A model generated the notes under the pieces. It did no database searches and was not told the DNA's origin. It saw only the letters and a list, made by a program, of their open reading frames with translations. Of a DNA stretch of 64,000 nt, positions 41,918 to 55,621 are shown piece by piece. The DNA comes from Octopus vulgaris. Its lineage: Eukaryota. Numbering within the stretch: position 1 is the stretch's first letter; the number at the start of each line of letters is the position of its first letter. The translations under genes and the position numbers were made by a program. The stretch covers positions 67,332,001-67,396,000 of the forward strand of contig OX597827.1 of the NCBI GenBank assembly GCA_951406725.2. Direction: 5' to 3'.

Positions 41918-42171
41918 AGTTTGATTAAGCATGCTTTGTCAATGGGACTATTATTTAACTATTACAGACTACATTTGTAAGTAGGGATTCTGCCTTTAGC
42001 CTTGCTAACAACTGGTCGCCTCATCTCTCAAGAACGTCTTTAGAATTGTTGCATGATAGAAGATTTCACTTTTCTACTGGTCAATAAATCTTGTCTCAGT
42101 TTTAGTGACATTCTATCTTTTAGGTTGCAATTTGGGTAATATAATTTACATATTTTCTTATTTCTTTTTAG

Positions 42172-42243
42172 GGACAAGAAATTATACCTTTGAAATATAT
42201 AATCAACTGTAATGAGATGGTTTTATCCTCAAGCTATGTAAAG
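42172..42243 (+). CDS. Candidate internal exon (72 nt, GQEIIPLKYIINCNEMVLSSSYVK)
   Basis: Strong acceptor ttttcttatttctttttag and donor aag|gtaagt; open only in phase 0. Confidence 0.3.
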
Positions 42244-43612
42244 GTAAGTTCCAAATATTATTTAAATACAGACTTTAATATACAGATATAAATGTACGTA
42301 TCTATACGTGTGTGTCTCCATGTGTGCGTGACTGTAACCCAGTGATGTGAGATGTGACCTATCATCTAGAGATGTGAGAGATGAAATATTTGTTCCATTT
42401 CTTGACAGCTGTTTCGAAATTTGTCTCTAGGTATCTCTTCAAACATTTCATAGAGAAAAATATATAGCATACGTGTAACTGTGTGCTTGTGTATGTGTCC
42501 ATGGGTAAGTGTGTGTGTGTGCGCATGTGTGTACGTGCGTGTGTGTGTGATTTCCGTGTCTGTCTTTGTGTGTGTGCATGTGTGTGAGAGTACGTGTGTA
42601 TGATGTACGTGTGTGTGTTTGATCATGAATATGTGTCAGTATGCAATATGTAGATTAGAATCCTTACTGATTCAGTGGTAACTACACTATTCACATAATT
42701 GACGGAAAACTGACGTGGTATAGAACATTGTGTGTGTATATGTGTGCGTGCGTCTCCGTACATATATATATGTGTGTATTTACTTGTATGCATTATATAT
42801 GTACATATATGTATAAATATGTTTTGTTTTTATTTATGTGTATTTGTAAGTTTGTATGAATAAAAAACAGAGTACAGCAGCAGCTTCAGCACGGAAACAC
42901 ATTTACCCTATCATAAATATTTACCTTTTTCCTGTGTACTGGGTGAGTCCTCCCATCTAGCACTATACAGACGAAGGAACATTGTTACTCTTTACTGTTG
43001 TTTGTTTTTTTTTTAGAAAGAAACATTACAGAATACATTAATAGTTCCATTATAAACATTTCAATTTCTTCTCGTTAAAGTTCAGATCTCCTATCAGAGA
43101 CAATATGGCGATAAGAATATTAAATAAGTAACTGTGAATAATGTTGTTGTTGTTGTTGTTGTTGTTGCTTGTTTTTATAAATTTATATCATCGACTCTAT
43201 CAATTTGGGTCAAAAGGTTTTCTCTTCATCAGGAGCAATTATCTTCTTTATACACACACACACACTCACACACATTTTAAATACAAGACTCCGGGCTTGT
43301 TTTCATCCACGTTGCTGCTGTTAGTGTCGTGGCTCTTGTTATTGCTGTTGTTGTCGTTGTTGTTTTTTGTCACACTTGTTGTTGTTGTTGGTGGTGGTGG
43401 TGGTTCTGTTGTTGCTGTTGTAGTTGTTGTAGGTAGGGGCGGTGATGGAATCGTTTCGTCTGCTAGTTCCAGATCAAACGGAACGACGATCAAATAACTT
43501 TGGTCCAAATTTGTGTGATTTTGTGAGCATGCAAAACGTCTGTGTGTGCATGTATGATGAACGCATGTATATATATGTATGCATTTTGCATGTATGTATG
43601 GATGTATGAATG

Positions 43613-43643
<31 letters not shown>

Positions 43644-44104
43644 AAGTGTGCGAGTGTGTGTGTGTGTGTGTATGTGTGTGTGTGTGTGTAATAACTTGAA
43701 TTAGTATAATCATCGGTGTGTATATGTGAATGAGTGTCTGCGCCTGTGTCTATGTATATGATCGATAGACATCATCTTGTGTACATGTGTGAGTGAGAGA
43801 TAGATAGAAAGAAAAGAGAGGGGGAGAGAGAGTGTGTGTATGTATGTGTGTGTACGTGTGTGTCTGTGCCTGTGTGCCTGTGTTTGTGTCTTTGTATGTG
43901 TATGTGTGTGTGTGTCTGTGTTTATATCTAGGCACCTCTATGTATGTTGGAAAGTATGCCTGTAAATGCTTTTTTTGAAATCGTTGTTTTCTCAAACGTT
44001 TTTAACGGCGGCACTCGTGAATATGTACGCTTCGCGTATGTATGTGTTCCGGCGTATGCGTGTGTATGGGCACAAAAGTATCCGTCAGTTCGTGTTTATG
44101 TGAG

Positions 44105-44439
44105 TGTTAAACAAAACGTTAAACGTCGCCCTTTCCAAGCCTAACCAGGCTCGTGGGCCAGTTTTTCTCGGTTTCTGTGGCGTATGTGTCCCCCCACCCC
44201 CAGCTGAACTGGATGCCAGTCCATCTCACCGTTACTCAAGAAACAGGAAGAGAGAGTGAGAGAAAGTTGTGGTGGTGAAAGTGTACAACAGGGATCGCCA
44301 CCGCCCCCTGCCAGAGCCTCGTGGGGATTTTAGGCGTTTTCGCTCAATAAACACACACAACCCCCCGGTCTAGGAATCGAAACCACGATCCTCCGACCGC
44401 GAGTCCACTGCCTTAACCACTGCGCCATTGCGCCTCCAT
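44105..44439 (-). mobile_element. SINE with family A head and third tail type
   Basis: Reverse complement has head ggaggcgcaatggcgcagtggttaag and a tail like 16730-16850. Confidence 0.85.
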
Positions 44440-44605
44440 GTGAGTGTAAACATGTGGATAATTACAACTATGAGCAAACATACCTATTTTGTTATTGTTT
44501 CTGTCGACCTGATCGAGGAGACATATGTTCGAAGGCACACGAAAATAACTACCTTTCTTTGTACGGTGTGTTTGGTGGGGGTCAGTAATATGATATTTAG
44601 AGCTG

Positions 44606-44991
44606 CGGAGGCGCAACGGCCCAGTGGTTAGGGCAGCGGACTCGCGGTCATAGGATCGCGGTTTCGATTCCCAGACCGGGCGTTGTGAGTGCTTATTGAG
44701 CGAAAACACCTAAAGCTCCACGACGCTCCGGCAGGGGATGGTGGTGATCCCTGCTGTACTCTTTCACCACAACTTTCTCTCATTCTTACTTCCTGTTTCT
44801 GTTGTACCTGTATTTCAAGGGGCCGGCCTTGTCACTCTCTGTGTCACGCTGAATATCCCCGAGAACTACGTTAAGGGTGCACGTGTCTGTGGAGTGCTCA
44901 GCCACTTACACGTTAATTTCACGAGCAGGCTGTTCCGTTGATTCGGATCAACCGGAACCCTCATCGTCGTAACCGACGGAGTGCTTCCTTA
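44606..44991 (+). mobile_element. SINE family A, full length
   Basis: 11-bp TSD atttagagctg at 44595-44605 and 44992-45002. Confidence 0.92.
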
Positions 44992-45287
44992 ATTTAGAGC
45001 TGTATTATCTTAGTATATTCCTCTGTATGTGAAAACGTAGTGTGTTAAGAATTTTGGCTGTTATTTCTAGCAGAGGAAGCAGCCACGCAAATGATACATG
45101 CATGAGTGCGTGCGTGCATGCATGTGTCTGTATACGTGAGTGTATTTGGGCAAGAGTTATTTGAGCATAAGTGTATGTATGAGAATATGTGTATATCTTT
45201 ACGTGTGTGTGTATGATGTGTATGAGCACAGATAAGCAAAATGTGTATATCTCGGTATGTGTATATTCGTGTGTGTGTTAGTAGGGG

Positions 45288-45490
45288 TTGAGCTGGCAAC
45301 CGTAGCCGTATTTCGTCTGCCGTTACGTTCTGAGTTCAAATTCCGCCGAGGTCGACTTTGCCTTTCATCCTTTCGGGGTTGATAAATTAAGTACCAGTTA
45401 CGCGTTGGGATTGATGTAATCGACTTAATACCTATGTATGTCCTTGTTTATCCTCTCTGTGTTTAGCCCCTTGTAGGCAGTAAAGAAATA
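45288..45490 (+). mobile_element. SINE family C
   Basis: Consensus match. Confidence 0.88.
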
Positions 45491-46242
45491 TATATGTATG
45501 CAATGTGCTTACAAGTGGGTATGTATATATTTGCAAATGTTTGTGTGAGTATGTGTGTATATACTGTGCGTTTACTACGTGTATATATATAGCAAAATAA
45601 GCAACATAATTTCAAATAGTGATGCAGTTATTTAATTGAACAATGCCATCATTATATCAATTTAAATGCAGTGCCATCTTCAGCTGCACAAATTAATAGA
45701 ATTGTAACCATTAGGAAACATTACTATAATTTTTCTACTATTTCTTAAGAGAGCAAGACGATGCTAAGAATAGACAACACTTCCAAAAATCGCTTGAAGC
45801 CTATTTGGGGGTTCATAGTGTTGTAAGGGATTGTAATTCATTTCTAATTCATTTATCTCTCCATTAAGAACTAAATCTAAGACTAGAAGCCTGTGTATAT
45901 TTTCAATATAGGACAAGAGTGATTTGACAGCTCATGGCTAGGTATGGCCATAAATATTATCATATTTGTTAAAATTCTATTTATGTATTTGTACTGCTGA
46001 CGATAGCATTACATTTAAATTGATGTACTGATTGCATTGTTCAATTAAATGGAACCGCTTGAAACGGTCTACTGCATCACTTCCTGATATCCTATTGCTT
46101 ATTTCGATTTTATTCGCCTTATTTCGAGCTGTGCGGATAATACCTGGCTAACTTGGTACTTCAACTTAAGTACGTAATTCAAATGAATCTCAATTATTTC
46201 TTAACTCGTCAACCAAACCTATATGACGCTTCTGGTACAAAC

Positions 46243-46288
<46 letters not shown>

Positions 46289-47049
46289 GCACACGAGCCT
46301 TTAGCACAATCATTGTCAAAATGTTTAAGAGATGACCATTCCTAACTTTTGTTTCAAGAACCACTGTCTTTGTCCTTTTCTCAGACAGGGGTCTGAAGGG
46401 AAATTGACTGTTATTTCTAGCTGCTCCAAAAAGCGTTTTAAAGCCATGTCCCTCATATTAGTGAAATGTAATTTATCCTTTATGGAAGAATAGGTTAATA
46501 TCGTAATAAGTCAATGGGTAATGAGCTGTAAAGTTCTGATTATTTAACATTATTCAAATGGAGACAAGAACGATTCATTAGTTTCATGATCAAGTGTGAT
46601 CAATTTAGAGAGGATAGATAATCTCGAGAGAGGGGAAAGATGTACGAGAGGGGGGGGGGCAGACGAGAACGAGATTGTAATGTGTTAAAATTAATCAAAA
46701 GGGAATAGTATGTGAAAAGCATATTTTAGCAGTATACGGTGAAAACTCCGACCATATATCCGTCTTATCAGAATACTTCAGTGTGTACAATACTTCTAGA
46801 CAAATATGAGTTCCAGTATAAATAGAAATATGGGAAGACTTAGGAAAATATTTATGAGAGTTTGTATAGTTCGTAAAGTGAAAAAAAATGCGAAAATAGG
46901 TTAATACCCGGAGGAGATATGGCATGCATGCTTAAAATGTCGCAAAAGTATAAAGCCAAAGTTCGGATTTAACGTTGTCTTGACATTTCTCGAATGCAAG
47001 TATATATTAGATGAAGTAAAACTCATAATTATTTCATTGGAGGAAAGGA

Positions 47050-47620
47050 AAATAGATGTTTAAGTGAAATTCTAATAGAGCAAGTATTGCAATAAAATGG
47101 ACGATATCGACGAGGACGACGATGTTATTGGTTTTCTTGAATTGATCTGTACAAATCACTGCTTTATTTCTTCTTTCTGTAAAATAAATAACCGGGTTTT
47201 CCCTATTTACGTAACCCATTTGAAAGGTGACATATCGAAAACTTCAACGACACTTCAAATTGCTAAACTGGGTGAGCAGAAAACATTTTAAGGCTGCCTG
47301 AACCAATGAAATATCTCATTTCCCCAGCCCTGCGAGGAGAAAAATAAAGAGGTACAACCCTCTCAAAACATGTTACAAAATCAAAGGATGCTGTACTAAT
47401 GACATATTCTATATGAACTATCGCAGTAATATCATCGACAAAAGACAACAGACAAAGGGTCTGTGATATCTCTCCTTTTCTCTCGAAGGGAATCTCCCAA
47501 TCAGTTATCACATCCCCTCATGCTCAAAGGATCTGAGTTCATCTCAGTCAACTGCCAAATTCCGAATTCTTAAAACATCTCTAGGGTGGAATACAGCGAT
47601 TATCGAAAAGAAGAGGAGGT
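47050..47620 (-). mobile_element. Possible highly decayed L1/Tx1-type RT fragment
   Basis: Minus-strand LSFVDDITAI followed by FERVVPL resembles YADDI...FE..SGL. Confidence 0.3.
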
Positions 47621-48230
47621 AACTATAAGAAGCAATGGTTTAAAATATGTAGTTCTTACAAGTGGATTTCGTATAATTTAGAATTAAATTCAAAGAAGCA
47701 GGGAATGTATAGACCTAAATAAATGTTAAAGAAGCAATGTTAAAATAAGCTTTTGGATACCTGACGACAAGTATGGGCGCCTGAAAATGTATTACTAGGC
47801 AGATGCGCAATTACATGCCGAAACGATTCCACAGCCATAAGGCGAACAGCGTAATTATCTCAGAAGCTCAATTACTTGCTGATACAAACGAATGGACATC
47901 ATTTCTTCCATTGGCATCTACATGACTAACTCTAATAAATATGCATTTGCTGTTACTTTTCAAAAGCACATACGCCCCTGACAGCACAACAAACCATGTG
48001 ACAAATCGCCTTAGCAAATGCGTTATCAGCCGTACGATTATTGAAATGCCTAGAACGCATTTTAGTGCTGCTATCACAATTCAATTTCATAGTTACCGAT
48101 AAGTATGGAGGACAAACGTCAAACGCAAGAGGCCATTAGGTATGAGGAAATATTGTGATTTATTGCTCACAGATATATAAACGTGCATGTGTGTTTGTCT
48201 GCATCTATGTGTTTGTGCCTCTGTGCGTGT

Positions 48231-48267
<37 letters not shown>

Positions 48268-49319
48268 AGTGTAAAGCGTGTGTGATAGAATTTTTCTATT
48301 GATTTTGACTGGTGTTGCAGAAAACTTTCCAAAACCATACATGAAACCATTTCGTGTGCAGACATTTTTAATTAGGATTTGGAAAGGAGTGTAATATTTG
48401 ATTAAATATTTTTTTGAGGAACTGCCAGTGTTAGCACGATCTGAGAGAGAAAAGGGGGGGGAGAGGGCGTGGGAAAGAGAGAGGGGAAAAAGAGGTGCGG
48501 AATGGAATTTGATTACTGCGCAATTGACAGTTTCCTCTGACTGTCAATCTCCTTGACAAGATGAAATTGCAGACACATTTATATACACATGTGTGTTTAT
48601 GTATGTATACCTCCTTACGTATTTGTTTTAGTATTTCGCCAATTTATTTACCTCATTCCATATTCATTTCCTCTACATTTTTATTAGATATTTTGATTCC
48701 TGCTTTTTAATATCATCTTCTCTTTCCAAGTGAAATGTTCAAAATTTAACTGCTGAAATATCAAATTTTCAGTTTTGAATAATTAATGCTTTATATCCTC
48801 AGATGCCGTCATAATTATGCTTTTATTTTATGTCACACGTTTCATTTATAAGACTACAGGTATTGTGTGGTACCACCTTGACAGTCTTAGACGAGAAAAT
48901 CGACACCAGTACTTTTATTTTCACCTTTGGTACTTGTTCTCTGGGTTTCGTTTGCCTAACATTCAAGTTACAGAGATGCAAATGGCGAATGTCAAGCGGT
49001 GGAGAGAACAATAAACAAACACACACACATACAAACATCATATATATTTGTGTCCATATTTGTATCTATCAATCTATCTGCCTGTTCATCTTACTGTGTA
49101 TATGTGTGTTTGAACGCGTGCGTCATGTATTCCATCCAGTTGGTGAGAAGATGAAAGAAGCTATGCCCGGAAACTTAGAATAAAATGTGTAATCGTGCAT
49201 TATTTTGCCCATGATCCTTCGGGAACTAGAGAACAATACTTAGAAGAGCGAATTACTAAGGCAGATACGGCAAGAAGGTACAATTATATATATAATAGAT
49301 ATATATCTACGTACACATA

Positions 49320-49367
<48 letters not shown>

Positions 49368-49567
49368 GAGGAGCTTCCACAGAGTCTCTGACTACCTACT
49401 AGTTCCTTCGCTAGGCGTTGATCGCCACACACAATACGGACATACATATTTGCGCTAACTCATAAACCTGTACACAAACAGGTTTAGCGAAACAAGCATG
49501 CTAAATAAAATACAATGCATTACATGAGTAATCATATACATACACAAATATATATTCATGTATACAT

Positions 49568-49641
<74 letters not shown>

Positions 49642-50344
49642 CGGAACATTTTCTTTAATTCTATTAACTTTTTAATAAACACATGCAGAAATAGCGGATG
49701 GGCCGAGCATTTTGAAATGTAGTTTACATATCGTGTTTAAGCGCTTTCGCTGCTTAATTTCTAATCTCTCTCTCTCTCTCTTGATCTCTCTCTCTCTCTT
49801 TATCTCTCTCTCTCAAACACACACGCACATACACATATACACACAAATCTACCAGATTTACCAACAATCGCTGATAGTCAAGTAAACATAGAAGAAAACA
49901 CTTGCCCAGCTTATCGTGCAGTGAGATTGAACCTGCAAATCACACCGTTGCAAAGGCGAACTCCTTAACCACATAGCCATGTTAGTACCTGTACCACAAC
50001 GTTTCACATAAACTATTTCCCTTACTCTGTGTCTGGAGTTTCTTACATGCCTTTTCCTAGATATATTATCTTCTAATCGTTACTTCAGCCAGGCATCGCT
50101 GTATTCTACCGGTTAATTCTTGTACAATTTTCTCCATATTTATCTCTGTAAATAGCTCGACTGTTTTTATGCTATATTCACTTTACGTTGACTTATTTAC
50201 TAATGTTCTTCCTAGTTCTTCCAGACCTTCATAGCCATTTCCTTCTAAGTATTGATATTCCTCATGCAATGAGTTCATCCTTTAATAAAAGTTTTATCTA
50301 TAAAACTAACATGTCCATATTGACAGCGCATCACTTACTTAGCT

Positions 50345-50396
<52 letters not shown>

Positions 50397-51649
50397 TGTA
50401 TATATGTATATATATATATACACATATATATATACATATATATACATATATATATGTATATATATATACACATAATATCTCTCTCACTCTACCTCTCTCT
50501 ATATATATATATGTATATATATGTACATATATTTGTATGAGCATGTATGTGTGTGTTTGAGTGTGTATATCCGTACTTACACACACACACACACACGCAC
50601 GCACATATATAGATACACGCCTACCAATTTTAACCACCTGCATTGTGATTTATCTACCTTTCTTTTCTCCTCTTCTTTGCCAGGAGATACGTAATTGCAT
50701 CTATCTTTAAATAATAGTAGAAATACTTCTTTCCTTCTATGTATGAAAATCCACCATATTAACTTTAACATTATCCGAAAGATAATATTAAATTTATCCG
50801 AAGGAATTTTTTTTTTTTTTGCAATTATCACAGTATCTTTCAAAAGTATTATAATACACGTATTATGATTTATATTTCTCTTGCGGTAACGTTCATTGTA
50901 TTACGTATAACGAATCTTGCATCATCTTTCACTGCATATATACTCTTTCAGTATTTCAATATATTTTCTTGTTTCATATATTTCCTTTAGCATAACGATC
51001 ATATTCATAATTACCTTACCATCGTATAAAATACGTATTTCATTTCCATAATAATTACATCCATTTGACTAATTCGCTTTTTCCCTTCCAAATGATTATT
51101 TTAAAAAGCTTAATTCTATCATTAGCTTAAATCACAATACATTTATATATTCTCATGTAAGTTCGATTCTAGTTAATTTTGATATAAGGAATTAATTAAC
51201 TATTATAATATAAGAAAGCTCGTAAGCTCATATACGAACGATTTCGGCAACTTAGTGACTACTTTTCTTTTAAAATAATGAATTATACGTATTTCACGCA
51301 ATAATTTTTGTGTCGCTTTAATTTTAAAATTGAAATAATTCTATGTAATTATTTACGTAGCATTTAGCTTAGCTGTACAACATTATTATTCCTCTGCATC
51401 CTATTTTAATTTAATCATTACATACACTAACTATTCTGTTCAACTTGTCCAAAATGTAGTTTTGCTTTGATTATTCGTTTTCATTATTTTGACGATCAGT
51501 TTAATTCTCGTACGTAATTATATTTACTAAATGCTTTATATCTTTTACACACTATATTCCCACATATACACCAAATACTTGTGACTACACACATTCCTAT
51601 TCGATGTTATCCTAGCCCACATTATCGTTTTCATTATAGAATAAATTAA

Positions 51650-52062
51650 AGGCGGCGACCTGGCAGAAACGTTAGCACGCCTGGCGAAATGCTTAGCGAT
51701 GTTTCGTCTGCCGTTACGTTCTGAGTTCAAATTCCGCCCAGATCGACTTTGCTTTTCATCCTTTCGGGGTCGAGAAATTAAGTACCAGTTACGCACTGGG
51801 GTCGATTTAATCGACTTAATCCGTTTGTCTGTCCTTGTTTGTCCCCTCAATGTTTAGCCTGTTGTGGGCGATAAAGAAATAAGAAACGTTAGCATGCCGG
51901 GAGAAATGCTTAGCTGTATTACATTTTGTTCAAATTCCACCGAGGTCAACTTTGCCTTTCATCCTTTCGGAGTCGATAAATTAAGTACCAGTTGCGTGAT
52001 GAGGTCGATCTTTCCAAAAATTTTGGCTCCTTTCCAAAAGTTTTGGGCCTTGTGCCTAGTAA
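51650..52062 (+). mobile_element. SINE family C, tandem pair
   Basis: Consensus match at 51650-51882 and 51883-52062. Confidence 0.9.
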
Positions 52063-52294
52063 AAAAATTATTATAGAATAAAGTAAATCCCATATGTGTG
52101 TGTGTGTATGCACATGTATGTGTATGATTATGTGTGCGGGTGCATGTGTGTATAAAAAGGGAATAACGGAATTAGCGTTTATTCCACGGTTTGCAATTGT
52201 ATTGAGCAACGTATAGGAGATAAACTATAAAAGAAGCTTGAAGACAGGGAAGCGAGAAATGGTAGCCATATTGATTACAGAACGCGTATTATAT

Positions 52295-52516
52295 TCTTTC
52301 ATTCTTTTACTTGCTTCAATCATTTGATTGCGGCCATACTGGAGCGTCGCCTTGAAGGATTTCAGTCGAACAGTTCCACCCATGGAGTTATTATTTTTAG
52401 AACCTAGTACTTATTCTATCGGATTCTTTCACCGAACCGCTAAGCCACGGGGACGAAAACTCACCAGCAACGGTTGAAAAGCGGTGACAGGGGAAAACAC
52501 AGATAGAAACACACAC

Positions 52517-52557
<41 letters not shown>

Positions 52558-52756
52558 AACACACACACATACACAAACACATACATATATACGACGGGTC
52601 TCTTTCAGGTTCCGTCTACCAAATCCATGCACAAGGCTTTGGTCGGCACGTGACAATAGGAAGAGAGACTTGCCCAAGGTGCCACGCACTGGGACTGAAC
52701 CCTGAACAATGTGGTTGCGAAAGAAGCTTCTTACCACACAGCGACGCCTGCGCCTA
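52295..52756 (-). mobile_element. SINE family B
   Basis: Reverse-complement consensus match. Confidence 0.88.
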
Positions 52757-53220
52757 TTTAAGGATTGATCCACAAGTATTTAGTTTAAACACTTGTGAAC
52801 AAATAAATACTGTTACAGAGTGGTTGAATTACAGACAGATAGACTGACACACTGACTGACAGACAGTCAGACAGATAGAAAGACGGCAAAACCAAAACCA
52901 AAAAAAAAACCCATAAAACCCAAAATACATAAATAAAATTACCCGGGGATGTAATTAGATTCCCACTGAAGGATAATCATACAATATTAATATAATGTAT
53001 AATTCAAACAACAAGATCATTAAAAACCAAGAAACTAAGAACCCCTTTAGAAGTTCGTCCCTAAAAGACGAACGAGACCAAAAGATAAGAGAGCCACAGA
53101 CAACAATCTTATCATATAAAACCATTATCCGCTGCCTATAGGGTACCAGTACGGTCTCGACATTTGGTAAGCACTGTTCAATCCAGGTGCGTCAACAGCG
53201 TCTATACACACACACATATG

Positions 53221-53290
<70 letters not shown>

Positions 53291-53339
53291 ATAGGAAAGA
53301 ATGGAGCTGAACGAAGATTTAACAAAATTCCTTTATTTT

Positions 53340-53425
53340 ATTTTCGACATATGTTTCGAAGTCTGCAAAATCCCTAATTCCGAATGAATAAGGAGTCCAT
53401 TATGCAGCTTTCTCTTCAGGAAAAT
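53340..53425 (-). ncRNA. Type I hammerhead ribozyme with canonical core and GUC site
   Basis: Reverse complement: attttc CTGAAGA gaaagctgca...tgcagacttc GAAAC atat GTC gaaaat; perfect 6-bp stem I, palindromic stem III; in an island (53286-53493) between two (TA)n tracts. Confidence 0.88.
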
Positions 53426-53490
53426 CCAGGAACTTAATTCTCCAACAAAATGCACAAGTTTTTCGCTAAGATACAGCTCATACTCATATA

Positions 53491-53549
<59 letters not shown>

Positions 53550-53654
53550 TTGTGTGTGTGAGTGTATGTATATATAGACGTATATATATATATATGCATA
53601 TATATATATGCACATACATAAATGTGTGTACGCGCACATTGAGGGAAGGCTCAA

Positions 53655-54548
53655 ATGATTGACCCGCCGTGGCTCTCCACCCATGTCATTTCTGTACCAT
53701 TCTGCACAGTTACTAGCTTCTTTGATGTTGTCGCTATAACTGCTTCTAGGTCTTCCTCTTGTTCCTTTTTGATACACCACGCCAGTTGAGAGCAAATTGT
53801 TAAGGACTTGTCTTGTAAGTATAACGTCTGTCCATTTTCTTTTCATAATAACATTTAACAGTCTTTCCTGTCACTTTATATTGCGAAGGACCCACTCGTT
53901 AATTCTTTTATCCGTCCAGCTTATCCTGAGAATACGTCTTAAACGCCATTGTTTAAATGCTTCAATTTTCCTTCTGTTAATTTTCTTCATAGTACAGCTT
54001 TCAGGTCCATATGTGGATATGATAAATATCAATGAATTCAGGAGTTGTTTTCATTTTTTTCGTTTTGTTCTCCTATAGTTTCCCATGCTGTTCAGTTTAT
54101 CAAAGCTGATTTGGTTATTCCGAGTTTTTTCATCTTTTCACGGACGCCATTGCAAGCATTGGTAATAATAGTACAAAAGTTCAGAAATTCATTTTTTGTT
54201 TTAGATATCTTCGTTGTTCATTATGTCACCTTGTTCATTGTCGGTTGTGCTTTTTAATTATTTTGATTACTTAAGTTTGGTCGGAGTGTTAGATGAAACC
54301 CAGCTCGAGTACTTGCATCGGTTATTCTATTAACTAAGTCCTCTAGCACTTGAATGCTACCGGCTATGAGAACTTCATTGTCTGCATACCTCAGATTTGT
54401 GATAAAATTGCTTTTAATTTTGACGCTTCCAGTGAAAACAAACAACATGTATTTCCATTTTGGCTCGGAATATATTTGAAAGAGGTGCTGAGAAAGGATG
54501 CTCCCTGGCGTACACCTCGTACAATGTCAAACCAGTCAGTTTTCAGGG
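53655..54548 (-). mobile_element. RTE-clade LINE fragment (decayed RT and C-terminus)
   Basis: TDWFDIVRGVRQGSILS, NLRYADN, G.RGRPR.SY.DNI. Confidence 0.85.
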
Positions 54549-54747
54549 AGTTATATATATCATTATATATTCATAAGTGAATGTATGTATGTAGCGTATT
54601 ATAGACTACAGTTTTCCACCGTAAGATGAAATATTCAATAAGGTATATGGAGCTAGACGATTTAAACAAAAGTCTCAATGGCTATATAACTTTTATTTTT
54701 CTGAAACATGTTCATTCCATTTGGTAATAGAAAAACCAAGAAAAACT

Positions 54748-55217
54748 TACATTATTTATATTATTTACATTTGACGGATATTTGTCCTCATATTTTTTGT
54801 TGTTAACACGTTTCGGCTGATATAACTTCCAGCCTTCATCAGATGTTTTGGGGAAATTTTGAACCTGGGTTCTCATCCATAAGGTATTTTTCGGTGTTTG
54901 TGGTGGTGGTGGTGTTGTTGTTGTTGTTGTTGTTATTATAATTCGAGTCACTGCCTGGAATCGAACTCGGAATCTTGGGGTTTTGAACCCCGCGCTCTTA
55001 TAATAATAGTAATAATAATAATAATAACAACAACATCGAAAAATACCTTATGAATGAGAACCCAGGTTCGAAATTTCTCCAAGACACCAGAAGAAGGCTG
55101 GAGGGTATATCAGCTGAAACGTTGTGTTAACAACAAACAAGATGAGGACAAGTATCCGTCAAATGCAAATAATGTAAATAATGTACATAATTCCTCGTAT
55201 CTTAAATATAGAACTGT
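54748..55217. mobile_element. tRNA-headed hammerhead element (-) with an inverted copy of its HHR tail (+)
   Basis: Minus strand: tRNA-like 55000-54941 (taagagcgcggg...gagttcgattcc), (AAC)n linker, HHR 54847-54805; plus-strand arm 55034-55217 with HHR 55083-55128. Confidence 0.85.
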
Positions 55218-55457
55218 AAAAATAATCTGTATTCCCAACACAGAGCACCGGAAACCTTAGTGATTAGAAACATTAGTTACTTACAATATTTATATAAGTT
55301 TTACTTTCGTTTTCCCAAAAAGCATCTATTCCCAGAATATATACAACATCTACAGCTAAAATGATGTCCTAAGTTCTAAATTTGTTTCTTTACTCCTACA
55401 TATATACATACATGTGTGTGTTTGTGTGAGTGCGAGCTTGAGTACGTGTGTCAGGGC

Positions 55458-55523
<66 letters not shown>

Positions 55524-55585
55524 TATATAAATATATATAAATATATATATATTTATACATACATGTATATATATATGTATGTATA

Positions 55586-55621
<36 letters not shown>

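Noticed and set aside
47761-47830. CTGACGA...GAAAC hammerhead-like spacing
   Set aside because: No stem I or stem III pairing and no properly placed NUH site.
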